Positions 48,294-58,223 of a stretch of DNA of 64,000 bases are shown here, in pieces. The stretch is from positions 1 through 64,000 of the forward strand of contig CAZBBK010000019.1 of assembly GCA_964490075.1 (NCBI GenBank). The letters are read 5' to 3'. The stretch comes from an uncultured Gemmatimonadota bacterium. Lineage in GTDB: Bacteria > GCA-2686955. Under the pieces are notes generated by a model, which searched no databases, had not been told where the DNA came from, and worked only from the letters and a program-made list of their open reading frames with translations. Made by a program: the position numbers and the translations under genes. Numbering within the stretch: the first letter of the stretch is position 1; each line of letters opens with the position of its first letter.

Positions 48294-49639
48294 ATGTCGA
48301 CCCACGATCGGCTCTCGCCGCAGGACGCCGCCTTCCTCTACGCCGAGTCGCCGGTTGGCCACATGCACGTCGGCTCGCTGGCGATCTTCGAGGATTCGGG
48401 GCTCACGCAAGAGGCGCTGAACGAGCACATCGACCGCCGCCTCGACCTGGTGCCGCGTTTCCGCAAGCGGCTCGAGTGGGTGCCCCTCGACCTGGCGCGG
48501 CCCCTGTGGGTCGACGACCAGCATTTCGACGTGCGCTTCCACGTGCGCCATACCGGGTTGCCGCGTCCGGCGGGCGAGCGCGAGCTGCTGACCCTGGTCG
48601 GCCGCCTGATGAGCCTGCCGCTCGATCGCACGCGGCCGCTCTGGGAGCTGTGGGTCGTCGATCTGCCCGAGAGCCGCAAGGCGATCATTCAGAAGACCCA
48701 CCACGCCATGATCGACGGCGCGTCCGGCATCGACCTGGCCACCGTGCTGCTCGACTTCAGCCCCGACGCGCCCCCGTCGCCCGCGGCCGAGTGGCGCCCG
48801 CGTCCGGCGCCCTCGCCGCTCGAGATGATCGCCGAGAGCGTGACCGAGCGCCTGGTCGACCCGCGTCAGATGATCGAGCTGGCGCGCGATGCGGTGGGGG
48901 CGCCGCGGCGCCTGGTGGGCCGCACCCTGCAGGCCGCCCAGGCACTGGCCAGCTTCGGCCGCGCCGGGCTCGACGTCGCTCCGCGCACCTCGCTCTCGCG
49001 CTCGATCGGCGCCCACCGCCGCTTCGAAGTGGTGCGTATGGCGCTCGACGAGGTCAAGGAGGTCAAGAACCGCCACGGCTGCACCGTCAACGACGTGGTG
49101 CTGGCGCTGGTCGCCGGCGGGCTGCGCGAGCTCTTGGTCAGCCGCGACGAGAGCGTGCGCGGGTTGACCATGCGCGCCGCGGTGCCGGTCTCGGTGCGCG
49201 ACGAATCGGAGCGTATGACCTACGGCAACCGGGTGGCGGTGATGTTCGCCGACCTGCCGGTCGGCGAGGCCGATCCCGAGCTGCGCCTGGCGCGGGTTCG
49301 CGAGCAGATGCAGCGCGTCAAGGAGTCGCAGGAGGCGGTGGGCGCGGAGGTGCTGATCAAGCTCGCCGACTTCGCCCCTCCCACCATCCTCTCGCTTGGC
49401 GCCCAGGCGATCTTCGCCAAGCAGTGGCTGATCAACTTGAGCATCACCAACGTGCCGGGTCCCCAGTTCCCGCTCTACCTGCGCGGCGGGCGTCTGCTCG
49501 AGGTCTTCCCCTACGCGCCGCTGCTCAAGAACACCGGAGTCGGCGTCGCCGTGCTCTCCTACGACGGCCACCTCGGCTTCGGCCTGAGCGCCGACTGGGA
49601 GGGCGTGCCCGATCTGGCGGTGCTGGCCGCTGGGATTCG
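48294..49639 (+). CDS. Wax ester synthase/diacylglycerol acyltransferase, 3' end lost in the gap
   Basis: RLSPQDA.FL, RPLWE, HHAMIDG, TVNDV, TNVPGP; runs into the N gap. Confidence 0.92.
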
Positions 49640-49715
49640 NNNNNNNNNNCCCCGGCCGCCGCGGCCCCCCCCCCCCCGCCCCGCCCCCCCGCCCCCCCCC
49701 CCCCCCCCGCGAGCG
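49640..49715. other. Scaffold gap (10 N) and poly-C low-quality flank
   Basis: nnnnnnnnnn followed by C homopolymers. Confidence 0.9.
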
Positions 49716-49823
49716 CGGCCGCGCCCCGGCGCCTTCGATCGCACTGCCAAACCCCAACGCCCGGAATCGGCTATCATCCCCGGATTCCAGAAGCGCCTAT
49801 CCATTTCTCTGGACTGCAGAATC

Positions 49824-51056
49824 GTGTCATCTACTCCGAGCGGCCGCGGTGAGCGGAAAACCTCGGCTCCCATCGAGGACCGGCTGGATCTTCTCGACTT
49901 CCTCGCGCTCCTGTCGCGCATGCGCTGGAGCTGGCTGGGGGCTTCTCTCGTCGTCGCGATCGGCGCGCTGGCAATCGCCCTGTCGCTGCCGCTCTACTAC
50001 AAGTCGACCGCCACCTTTCTGCCGCCGCTCGGCTCCTCCTCTTCCGGCTACCTGAGCCTGCTCAGCGGTGGGGCGCTGCCGACCGGCTTCGAGGGGAACC
50101 AGGTCAGCGGGCGCGAGCTGGTGCCGCTCTTGAACTCGCGATCGATGCGGGTGGCGATGATCGAGGAGCTCGATCTGCAGGAGCGCTACTCCGAGAGCAC
50201 GCTGCGCGGCACGCTCCAGGCGCTGAGCAAGCACCTGGAGATCGGGCTCGAAACAGAAGGGGGCTTCGCCGCCACAACGATCGTCGCCATATCGATCTCG
50301 ACCTGGGACGAGGATCCGGCCTTCGCCGCGGAGATGGCGAATTGGATGGTCGAGGAGCTGGAAGCCCGGGTGACCTCGATGAACACCGAACAGGCCTCCA
50401 TGCAGGCGGAGTTCCTCGAGACCGAGATCGAATCCGCCAGGTCGAAGCTGGAGCAGGACCAGCAAGAGTTCGCGGAGTTCTCACAGCAGACCCACGTCTT
50501 CTCGCTGGATCAGCAGCTGGTTGCGGTCGCGGGTGCGATCGCCGATGCGCAGGCGAATCTGTCCGCGCTGCGAATTCGTGAAGCCGCGATCGCTCCTCTG
50601 TACGGGGCGGACCATCCGCTGCGTCGCACGCTGCGCCGTGAGCGCCAGGCCGCGGAAGCGGAGTTCGAAAAGGTCATGAAAGGGGGAGCGGGCGACCTGG
50701 TCCTCGATCTGAGCAAGCTCCCGGAGCACCAGCAGGAGTATCTCAGCCTCTACTCGCGTGTCACTGTCGGCATCAAGCTGCTCGAGCAGCTCGTTCCGCA
50801 GCTCGAGCTCGCGGGCCTGAGGGCGCGTTTCCAGGCGCCCAGACTTCGCCCGGTCGAAGCGGCCGTTCCCGCCGACTACAAGGACCGGCCCAAGCGCGCC
50901 ACCATCGTCTTGGCGATCGTCGTGCTCTTCCAAGTGCTGTGGGTGTTGTGGCTCCTGGTGACCGAGAGGATGCGTGTGCTGCGGATCGCGAACCCGGCGC
51001 GCCATCGCGAGATCATGAGAGTTCTACGCCCCCGGGCATACCCTCACGGCGACTAG
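49824..51056 (+). CDS. Wzz/GumC-type polysaccharide co-polymerase (chain-length regulator)
   Basis: N-terminal TM, YKSTATFLPP, coiled coil, ADHP, A.P...D.PKR, C-terminal TM; start uncertain. Confidence 0.82.
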   Translation: MSSTPSGRGERKTSAPIEDRLDLLDFLALLSRMRWSWLGASLVVAIGALAIALSLPLYYKSTATFLPPLGSSSSGYLSLLSGGALPTGFEGNQVSGRELVPLLNSRSMRVAMIEELDLQERYSESTLRGTLQALSKHLEIGLETEGGFAATTIVAISISTWDEDPAFAAEMANWMVEELEARVTSMNTEQASMQAEFLETEIESARSKLEQDQQEFAEFSQQTHVFSLDQQLVAVAGAIADAQANLSALRIREAAIAPLYGADHPLRRTLRRERQAAEAEFEKVMKGGAGDLVLDLSKLPEHQQEYLSLYSRVTVGIKLLEQLVPQLELAGLRARFQAPRLRPVEAAVPADYKDRPKRATIVLAIVVLFQVLWVLWLLVTERMRVLRIANPARHREIMRVLRPRAYPHGD

Positions 51057-51057
51057 A

Positions 51058-52476
51058 ATGCCGCCCGATCATGCAGGCGGCGTCACTTTTATGACTGCCA
51101 AGGGCGGCCACTCGCGGATCACCGCGCTCGCGCTGGCGGGAGCGCTGGTGGCAGGGTACCTCTACACGACGCACTTCCTGGTTTCGCTCCCGGTGCTGCT
51201 CTTGCTTTTCGCGCCCTTGGCGGTGGTACCGATCTGGTTGCTGCGCGCCGAGCGTTCTCTTCTGGCCCTGGCGTTCGTCATTCCATTTCTGCCCTTCAAC
51301 ACCAATCTGGGCGCTTTCGAGGGCCTACGGCTGGCGGCTGCGGCGACTCTCCTCGTCATCGCGAGCTTCTCAGTCCGGGTCTACAGCGGCGATTGGTCCT
51401 TCACCAGCCTGCCCCTGCGTTATCTCCTCTGGGCGGGCGTGTTCCTGGCCGCCGTTCTGGCCTCCACGGCGACCTCGCTCGATCCAGAGATCAGTCTGCG
51501 GGCCGCAATCGACTATCTCTTGTTCGTTCTGCTCTTGGTTTGTTACTACGACATGCTTCATACCTACGAGCGCGGCCCCGATCTCGTACTGTGGCTGTTG
51601 CTCGGAATCACCGTCTACACCCTGGGCGGGCTCATGCTCTATGGACTGGACGATCCGCTGCAACGGATCGGCGTGAGCGGCTTGATGAAGCTCCCGCTCT
51701 ACGGAATGAACACCAATGCGCTTGCTCTGCCGCTCGTCGTCGCGCTTCCCCTGGTCGCGGCTCGAGTACTCGACCGCCCGGCGTGGCGGTCTTTCTGGGT
51801 GTTCGCCGGACTTGCCATGGCCGCGCTACTCTTGATCACGATGTCGCGGTCGGCCTGGTTGGGCGCGATGTGCGGTGTCGGGGCGGTCGTCGTGGCGAGG
51901 GCCTGGGTGACCCGCAACTACTCGGTGCTCCGAATCGGGGCCGGCCTGGCCGCGGTGTTGGCGCTGGTCATCCTCTTCTTCTTCTGGAGTGATATCGAGG
52001 CTTTGCTGAGGCTCCAGCGCGGCGCCACCGGCCGGGTGACCATTTGGGGGATGGCCGTACGGATCATGGAGACCTATCCATGGTTCGGCCTGGGGCCGGG
52101 AATGTGGCCGGTCCAGGCCTGGAGCTTCGCTCAGAGCTCGGAATCGCTGCACATGGCCATCCTCAGCGTTCATGCACACAGTGTGTGGTTCATGAAGGGA
52201 GCGGAGATGGGGATTCCCATGCTGCTGATCGTGGCCACGCTTCTTCTGTTGCTCGTGCGCGACGCCGGAATCCTGCTCCGGTGGATGCGGGACCGACCGG
52301 AAGACCCGGGAAGATACCTGGCAATCGGTTATAGCGGAGTGTTGGCCGCCATGTTCGTGCGCAGCTTCTTCGAGGCAAGTCTGTTCATCGGCGAAGGGGA
52401 TCTCGTAGCCAGCTTCTACACGGTGGTGCTCTGTGCCGGAGTAATCTCGTTGCGAGAGTGTCGCAGGGTCGCATGA
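51058..52476 (+). CDS. O-antigen ligase / Wzy polymerase family
   Basis: T.SRSAW, GR..IW, PWFGLGPG, HAHS; many TM helices. Confidence 0.85.
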   Translation: MPPDHAGGVTFMTAKGGHSRITALALAGALVAGYLYTTHFLVSLPVLLLLFAPLAVVPIWLLRAERSLLALAFVIPFLPFNTNLGAFEGLRLAAAATLLVIASFSVRVYSGDWSFTSLPLRYLLWAGVFLAAVLASTATSLDPEISLRAAIDYLLFVLLLVCYYDMLHTYERGPDLVLWLLLGITVYTLGGLMLYGLDDPLQRIGVSGLMKLPLYGMNTNALALPLVVALPLVAARVLDRPAWRSFWVFAGLAMAALLLITMSRSAWLGAMCGVGAVVVARAWVTRNYSVLRIGAGLAAVLALVILFFFWSDIEALLRLQRGATGRVTIWGMAVRIMETYPWFGLGPGMWPVQAWSFAQSSESLHMAILSVHAHSVWFMKGAEMGIPMLLIVATLLLLLVRDAGILLRWMRDRPEDPGRYLAIGYSGVLAAMFVRSFFEASLFIGEGDLVASFYTVVLCAGVISLRECRRVA

Positions 52477-54050
52477 TGGCGAAGGACGTGGGATCGGCGC
52501 GGCCGCCCGCCGGCTCGGCACCCTCGTTGTGGCGAAGCTCCACTCTGCTCGCCGGCGGAACCGCGATCTCGCGGGCGCTCGGCTTCGTCCGTGAGCTTCT
52601 TTATGCATCGTTCTTCGGTGCGTCGGGAACCATGGATGCGTTCTTCGTGGCCCTGACCATTCCCAGCTTTTTGGATCGTGGACTGGGCGAGGCGGCGAGC
52701 ACGGTCGGCACCGCACGCTGGAAGGAAGACCGCCGCTCCGGCCACGCGGCAGCCGCGCGCGCTTTCAGCGCGACCAGTGTTCGCATCGCGGTCATCGCTC
52801 TGGCCGTGGCGATCCTTCAGTATCTCTTCCACGCCGAGCTGGCACGCCTGATCGCACCGGGCCTCGAGGAGCCGGAGCTGGCCGCTCGGCTCATGGCCCT
52901 GATGGCTCCCTTGGGCGTGCTCTTCGTGCTGCGCCGCAGTTGGAATGCACCGCTCATCGCCCACGAGCGCTTCGGCCTGCGCGCCGCGCTGCCGGTCTGC
53001 ATCAATATCTGCGTCATCGCTTTCGTCGCTCTGGGCGCGGGCGTTTGGGGAATCGACGCGGCCGCTCGCGGCGTCCTGGTCGCCAATGTGCTGGCCCCAC
53101 TCGTGCTGCTGATCGCCTGCATGCGCATCGGTGTGCTTCCCAATCCCCGCCACATCGGCATCCGCGACCCCTCCGCGACGATCGCCTTGCGCATGATGCT
53201 TCCGATCGTCGCCGCGGTCTCGTTCGGCGAGATCAGCGTGATCGTCGATCGCGTGCTGGCGAGCAAGATGGCCGCGGGATCGGTCTCCGCGCTCTTCTAC
53301 GCCTGGCGCATTCTGGCGATTCCCGGCGCGCTCCTGCTCGCCTCGGTGCCGACCGCGCTCTTTCCGCGCCTCGCGGCTCTCGCGTCGCGGCGCGATCACG
53401 CGGCCGTGGCGGCCCTCGCCGACCGGTCGCTGCGGGCGGTGACCATCGTGGCCTTCCCCTTCGCCCTGCTCCTGCTGCTGCTGGCGGAGCCAATTACGCG
53501 GACCTTGCTGCAGCGCGGAGCCTTCGATGCGGCGGCGACGAGCGTGACCGCGGCGGTGATGGCGTGCTATGCGATGGCCTTCCTGGCTCAGGGACCGCAG
53601 GCGATCTGCGTTCGCGCTTTCCATGCGCTCCAGGACACCAAGACGCCGATGAAGGTGAGCCTGGTCACGATCAGCGTAAACGTCGGCGTCAGCCTGCTAC
53701 TTGCCGGTCCCCTCGGCGCCCCCGGCCTGGCATTGGCCACCGCCATCGCCTACAACCTCAATCTGGTGCTGTGCTGGAAGTTGCTCGGGCGAAAGCTGCG
53801 CGACCTTGGCGTGGATTCCTGGTCACATTGGCCGCTGCGGGAGCTCGGGCTGGGAGGAGCCTGCGCGCTGCTGGTGGGCGTTGTCTATCGGCTCGCCGAC
53901 TTGCCACGCGAGCTGATCTGGGAGGCACCGGCGCTGATCGCCGCCTTCACATTTACCTACGGGCTCCTGGGCCTGTTGCTCTGGCGCTCCGGCAACGAGC
54001 AGATGCGATTGCTCATGAAGAAGATCGGCTCGTCGAGGGGGACGAGCTGA
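52473..54050 (+). CDS. murJ: MurJ/MviN-family lipid-linked sugar flippase
   Basis: SRALGFVRE, DAF.VA..IP, VDR.LAS, RGAFD, AFHALQDTKTP, GLALAT. Confidence 0.88.
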   Translation: MMAKDVGSARPPAGSAPSLWRSSTLLAGGTAISRALGFVRELLYASFFGASGTMDAFFVALTIPSFLDRGLGEAASTVGTARWKEDRRSGHAAAARAFSATSVRIAVIALAVAILQYLFHAELARLIAPGLEEPELAARLMALMAPLGVLFVLRRSWNAPLIAHERFGLRAALPVCINICVIAFVALGAGVWGIDAAARGVLVANVLAPLVLLIACMRIGVLPNPRHIGIRDPSATIALRMMLPIVAAVSFGEISVIVDRVLASKMAAGSVSALFYAWRILAIPGALLLASVPTALFPRLAALASRRDHAAVAALADRSLRAVTIVAFPFALLLLLLAEPITRTLLQRGAFDAAATSVTAAVMACYAMAFLAQGPQAICVRAFHALQDTKTPMKVSLVTISVNVGVSLLLAGPLGAPGLALATAIAYNLNLVLCWKLLGRKLRDLGVDSWSHWPLRELGLGGACALLVGVVYRLADLPRELIWEAPALIAAFTFTYGLLGLLLWRSGNEQMRLLMKKIGSSRGTS

Positions 54051-54051
54051 T

Positions 54052-55317
54052 ATGAAGGATGCGCTTCGCCGCGCGAAATCCGCCCTGCGTGCGCCCGTCG
54101 CTCTGCGCCGGACCAGCGCCGAGATCGCCGCCTCGAGGCAAGAGAAGGGCCCACCTCTGGTCCTCGAGCTGGTTCCTTTCGATCTCCGTCCTCCCCGTGG
54201 TCCGCGCAGCTACATCGCGTTCTACCGCTCGATGCTCGTCGAGCGCGCGGATCGCATCGAGATCAGTTGGCGCCACGGCACTCTCGCGGCGGCCGCGCTC
54301 CTCAGCCTGCCGAGTCATGGCCTGAGGCTGCTCCGCGTGGAGTGGTCCGCTGCCTACGCAGCGCTGTTGCGCTCGGTCCTGGTGACGCTGAGGGGTCTTG
54401 CCTATCTGCCGCGGGCGCAGGTGGTCGTGGCACACGGCCCCTACCTGGCGGCACTGCTGGTGGCCTGGTCGAGACGCAGGCGGAATCCTCCGCGCTTGGT
54501 GTACCTCAAGCACGGCACCGGATTGGCCACCGAGGAGATGCTGCGCAACCATCAATGCACGAGGAAAGGGTGGGTGACCCGCGCTTTGCTCGAGCTGGAG
54601 CTCTACGCGATGCGGGGAGTCGAGCGCGTGGGGGTCGTGAGCCAGGCCGTCGCGCTCGATCTCGAGGCTCTGCGGCCCGCGACCGGAGCTCGAATCGGTG
54701 TGCTCCCGCCCGGCTGCGAACCGACTCGCTCCGATGTTCCGCAGGGCGCCGCGACGCGGGCGCGTCTGGGTCTTCCGGCCTCGGCAACCCTCATCGTCTC
54801 CGTGGGGACACTGGTTCCCGACAAGGGGTTCCATTACCTCCTGGCGGCGCTCGCGCGCTTGCGGGATCTGGACTGGTGTCTGTGCGTCGTGGGCAAGGGT
54901 CCGGAGCTCGGCGCCTTGAGGAAGCTCGCCCGGCAGCTCGGTCTCGAGGAGCGCGTGCACTGGCTGGGTCGACGCGATTCGGCCATCCCCTACCTGGCGG
55001 CCGCCGATCTCGTCGTCCACCCCAGCCTGCGCGAGTCCTTCGGCATCGCGGTCATGGAGGCCATGTCGCTGAGCAAGGCGATCGTCGCCACGCGCACCGG
55101 CGGGATCCCCGAAGTGGTCGGCGATGCGGGGCTGCTCGTCGAGCCCGCCGCGCCCGAAGCCCTGGCGGACGCCATTCGCCGTCTGCTCCAGGAGCCGGAT
55201 CTGCGGAGCGAGCTCGCACGGCGCGCCGCAGAGGAGATCGCCCGACGCTACTCTCCTGGCGCACTACGCGGCGCCTACTTCGAGGCCCTCGGGCTCCAGG
55301 AGTCCGCGACCGACTAG
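54052..55317 (+). CDS. Glycosyltransferase family 4
   Basis: VG.L...KG, PS..ESFG....EAM, GGIPEVV. Confidence 0.92.
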   Translation: MKDALRRAKSALRAPVALRRTSAEIAASRQEKGPPLVLELVPFDLRPPRGPRSYIAFYRSMLVERADRIEISWRHGTLAAAALLSLPSHGLRLLRVEWSAAYAALLRSVLVTLRGLAYLPRAQVVVAHGPYLAALLVAWSRRRRNPPRLVYLKHGTGLATEEMLRNHQCTRKGWVTRALLELELYAMRGVERVGVVSQAVALDLEALRPATGARIGVLPPGCEPTRSDVPQGAATRARLGLPASATLIVSVGTLVPDKGFHYLLAALARLRDLDWCLCVVGKGPELGALRKLARQLGLEERVHWLGRRDSAIPYLAAADLVVHPSLRESFGIAVMEAMSLSKAIVATRTGGIPEVVGDAGLLVEPAAPEALADAIRRLLQEPDLRSELARRAAEEIARRYSPGALRGAYFEALGLQESATD

Positions 55318-55349
55318 CCCCGTCGGTCTACGAAACCACTAAAGTAGAA

Positions 55350-58094
55350 CTAGCGATCCTGCGCGGATCCAAAGAGCACGTTCAACGTCCTGGCCGCCAG
55401 ATCGAAGGAGGCATCGAGCGCCTGCGCCGCGCCCTGGACGCGCAGCTGCTCGCGGACGACTCGCGTCATCTCCAGCGCCATGTCGGTGTCGGCGATGGTG
55501 CTCTCCGCCGCGCTGAGATTCTCCACGGCGAAGCGCGCGTCGGCCAGCAAGGGCTCTAGCTCGTTCGACTGGAAGGTGCCGAGCGCGCTCCTGCCGCGGC
55601 TGAGCTGGTCGATGGCGGCGTCAGCCACCCGAATGGCGTCGGCGGCGCCGCCCGGCTCCCTCAAATCGATGTTGGCAACAGAAGCGAAAGAGGTGTCCTC
55701 GAGGCCGGTCCCGAGAACCGACGCGGCATAGCTGTCGACCCACATCGACGTGTACTCCCCGGCGTCCGGACCGGTCTGCAGCCGCAGCGGATCGCCGCTG
55801 ACACGCAGAGTTCCCCACAGAGCCTCCCCGACGAAATCGAGCCCAAAGGTGAGCGTGACCCGTCCTCCGTCGCGCGTCGTCACAGTCTCTGGCTCGCCGG
55901 CCAAGAAGTGTTGCACCGGCCCGCCTCCGAGCACCAGGTCGAACTCCGTGGCGCTCACGGTGAATGCGAGGGTCCCGGCGTCGAGACCGGTCGTTCCGTG
56001 TCCGATGTTCAGCGCCGCCCCCTCGAGGCCCTTGAGGATGAGATCGCCGCCCGTGTGCCGAAGATCGTCGAGGATATTCATCGCTCCTTGAAAATCGACG
56101 TGAGCATCCGTCCCGGCGTCGCTCTCGGTGCTGTCGTCGAAGCTCACGACCGCGTCCGCCGTGCCGACGATATCGATCGTGGCGGCGCTCCCTTCGTCGG
56201 TGGTCGACACCATCAGCCGCGAGCCGGTCGTGGACACCGTCAGCTCGCCAGCCAGAGGGAGGGCGGTGTCCACGGCTGCTTGTGCGGCCACCGCCAAAGC
56301 GGCGATGTTGGCGTACGAGCCGGCGGCGATATTGACGGTCTGGAGCGCGCCGCCATCGAGGGTGATGTCGAGGTTTCTCTGATCGTAGTAGACGCCCGTG
56401 CCGGTGAGGAAGCTCCCCGACTGGATGCCGAATAGTGTCGCGCCCGCGGCGGTCTGGGCGCGAAGCTCGAGTTGGGAGACCGTGACCAGGGTGTCGTCGA
56501 TCACGGTGGCGCTCAGGATCCCTCCCGCGGCGCTGAATTCCAGCTTGCCTGCCAGCGCCGGGCTTGCCGCCACCTCCACGTTCAGGGCCGTCGCGATGGA
56601 GTCGACATCGTTGTATTCGGCCGCTGCGATCGTCAGGCTCTGAGTCGCTCCGCCGTCGATGCGTAGATCGAGGGAACGGTCCGAGGCGCTGGCTCCGCTC
56701 GCCACCTCCCACCCGCTCTCGTCGAAGCCGAACGCGGCGCTGCCGGTTCCGGTGAGGGCGCGGGCCTCGATCGTCGCCAGTCCCGAGCCCTCGAGCTGGA
56801 GGCGGTTGCCGGTGTGGTCGAAGCTGACGTTGCCCGCCAGCACCGGGTTCGCCGCGATCTGCGAGTTCAGCTCCGTGACCAGGGAATCGATGGTCGCGTA
56901 GGTCGCCGCATCGACCGTGAGGGTCTCGGTGCTGCCACCGTCGAGGCGGATGTCGAGGCTGCGATCGTTGTCGTTGAAGCCGGTATCGGACTGGGCCGCG
57001 ACGGTGTCGAATCCGAAGTTCGATTGAGCCTGGGCGTTGACCGATCGCACCTCGACGAGGTTGGAGTCGCTACCGGTGACGACGATCTTCCCCGCCTGGC
57101 TGCCGATGCTCACCTGGCCGGCGAGCGCGCTCGCGGCGACCTGGGTGGAGAGCTCGGCGACCAGGGCATCGAGGTCGGTGTAGTCCTGGGCGCTCACCTC
57201 CAGGGTGACCGGGCCGCCGCCGTCCACCTCCACCTCCAGGGAGCGGTCGGCCGCCGGCATCAGCGAGTAATCGCCCGGGTTGGCCGCGCTCGAGCCGATG
57301 ACGCGCGGGCCCTTGAAGTCTCCGGGGCTGGCCAGGCCGCTCGCCTCGAGGACCACCTCCGACCAGTCGCCGGGCGTCGCCTGGGAGGCCCCCGCGACCG
57401 AGGCCAGACTCAAGTCGAGCGTGGCGTCGCTCTGGCCGCTCACCTGGGACGGGGCGGAGCCCTGCGTCACACGCAGCCAGTAGTCCCCCGCCTCCACGTT
57501 CTTCACCCCGCTCTGCTGGACGAAGCCCAGGGACTCCGATTCCAGCAGGTATTCGGCGGGGTAGATGCGATGAACATCCAGCCGGTGGTCGCCGAGAGTG
57601 AGGCGCGCGTTGCGGATGGAGCGGATCCGCAGCCCCTCTCCGTTCAGTACCCGAACACGGGATCCCGCCGACCCGTCCAGGAGCGCCCCATGGTGGGCGA
57701 TGCTCTCGCCGACGATTCCGTCGATGCCTTCGACGCGGGATTGCAGATCCGCCTGTAGGGCGCGTCGATCCCGGGTCGAGAGGGTCGCATCGTTGCCAGA
57801 TGCGACCGCCAGCACCCGGATCGCCTGGACGTGGTCATGAATCTCGCCCAAGCTGCCCTCCAGCTGCCGGACCAGGGCGAGTGCGTTGGTGGTGTTCTCG
57901 ATCGACTGGGTCGTGGCCGCGATGTGCCTCTGAAAGCGCCGCGAGAGAACCAACTTGGCGCCGCCATCCCGGCCGAGCTCCACGGCGCGACCCGAGGCGA
58001 CGTGGCGACGCGACTCGGCCAGGCGCCGGCCCGACGCTTGCAGCGTACGCATCGCCCTCTGGGCGGTCGGATTGTGGTGCAGTCGTTGCAGCAC
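55350..58094 (-). CDS. Large divergent flagellin-like protein (~914 aa) with four internal repeats
   Basis: N: EGSL.EI...V..IR.LAV...ND...DR.ALQ; C: LQTGPDAG, D.AI.Q...R..LG..Q, NL.AAES.I.D.D.A.E; start uncertain (GTG 58094). Confidence 0.8.
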   Translation of the reverse strand: MLQRLHHNPTAQRAMRTLQASGRRLAESRRHVASGRAVELGRDGGAKLVLSRRFQRHIAATTQSIENTTNALALVRQLEGSLGEIHDHVQAIRVLAVASGNDATLSTRDRRALQADLQSRVEGIDGIVGESIAHHGALLDGSAGSRVRVLNGEGLRIRSIRNARLTLGDHRLDVHRIYPAEYLLESESLGFVQQSGVKNVEAGDYWLRVTQGSAPSQVSGQSDATLDLSLASVAGASQATPGDWSEVVLEASGLASPGDFKGPRVIGSSAANPGDYSLMPAADRSLEVEVDGGGPVTLEVSAQDYTDLDALVAELSTQVAASALAGQVSIGSQAGKIVVTGSDSNLVEVRSVNAQAQSNFGFDTVAAQSDTGFNDNDRSLDIRLDGGSTETLTVDAATYATIDSLVTELNSQIAANPVLAGNVSFDHTGNRLQLEGSGLATIEARALTGTGSAAFGFDESGWEVASGASASDRSLDLRIDGGATQSLTIAAAEYNDVDSIATALNVEVAASPALAGKLEFSAAGGILSATVIDDTLVTVSQLELRAQTAAGATLFGIQSGSFLTGTGVYYDQRNLDITLDGGALQTVNIAAGSYANIAALAVAAQAAVDTALPLAGELTVSTTGSRLMVSTTDEGSAATIDIVGTADAVVSFDDSTESDAGTDAHVDFQGAMNILDDLRHTGGDLILKGLEGAALNIGHGTTGLDAGTLAFTVSATEFDLVLGGGPVQHFLAGEPETVTTRDGGRVTLTFGLDFVGEALWGTLRVSGDPLRLQTGPDAGEYTSMWVDSYAASVLGTGLEDTSFASVANIDLREPGGAADAIRVADAAIDQLSRGRSALGTFQSNELEPLLADARFAVENLSAAESTIADTDMALEMTRVVREQLRVQGAAQALDASFDLAARTLNVLFGSAQDR

Positions 58095-58115
58095 GGCTGG
58101 TTCGGCACGGCGTCG

Positions 58116-58132
58116 AGCACGACCCGCGCCAA
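58116..58132 (-). promoter_or_regulatory. Putative sigma54 (-24/-12) promoter of the flagellin-like gene
   Basis: Minus strand TTGGCGCGGGTCGTGCT (GG-N10-GC). Confidence 0.45.
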
Positions 58133-58223
58133 GCGGGCCGGCCGAGGCCGTTCTCCTACCCACCGATCGCACGTCCGCTGTGCAATGCTTGCGCACTGTG
58201 CAAGAAGTGGGCAGGCCCGCGGC

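Noticed and set aside
48294-51056. 920-aa WS/DGAT-Wzz fusion
   Set aside because: The ORF reads through the N gap and poly-C tract; these are two separate genes whose adjacency is unproven.
54052-58094. Flagellin glycosylation island
   Set aside because: The glycan genes are convergent with the flagellin and are Wzz/Wzy polymer-type; adjacency alone is insufficient.
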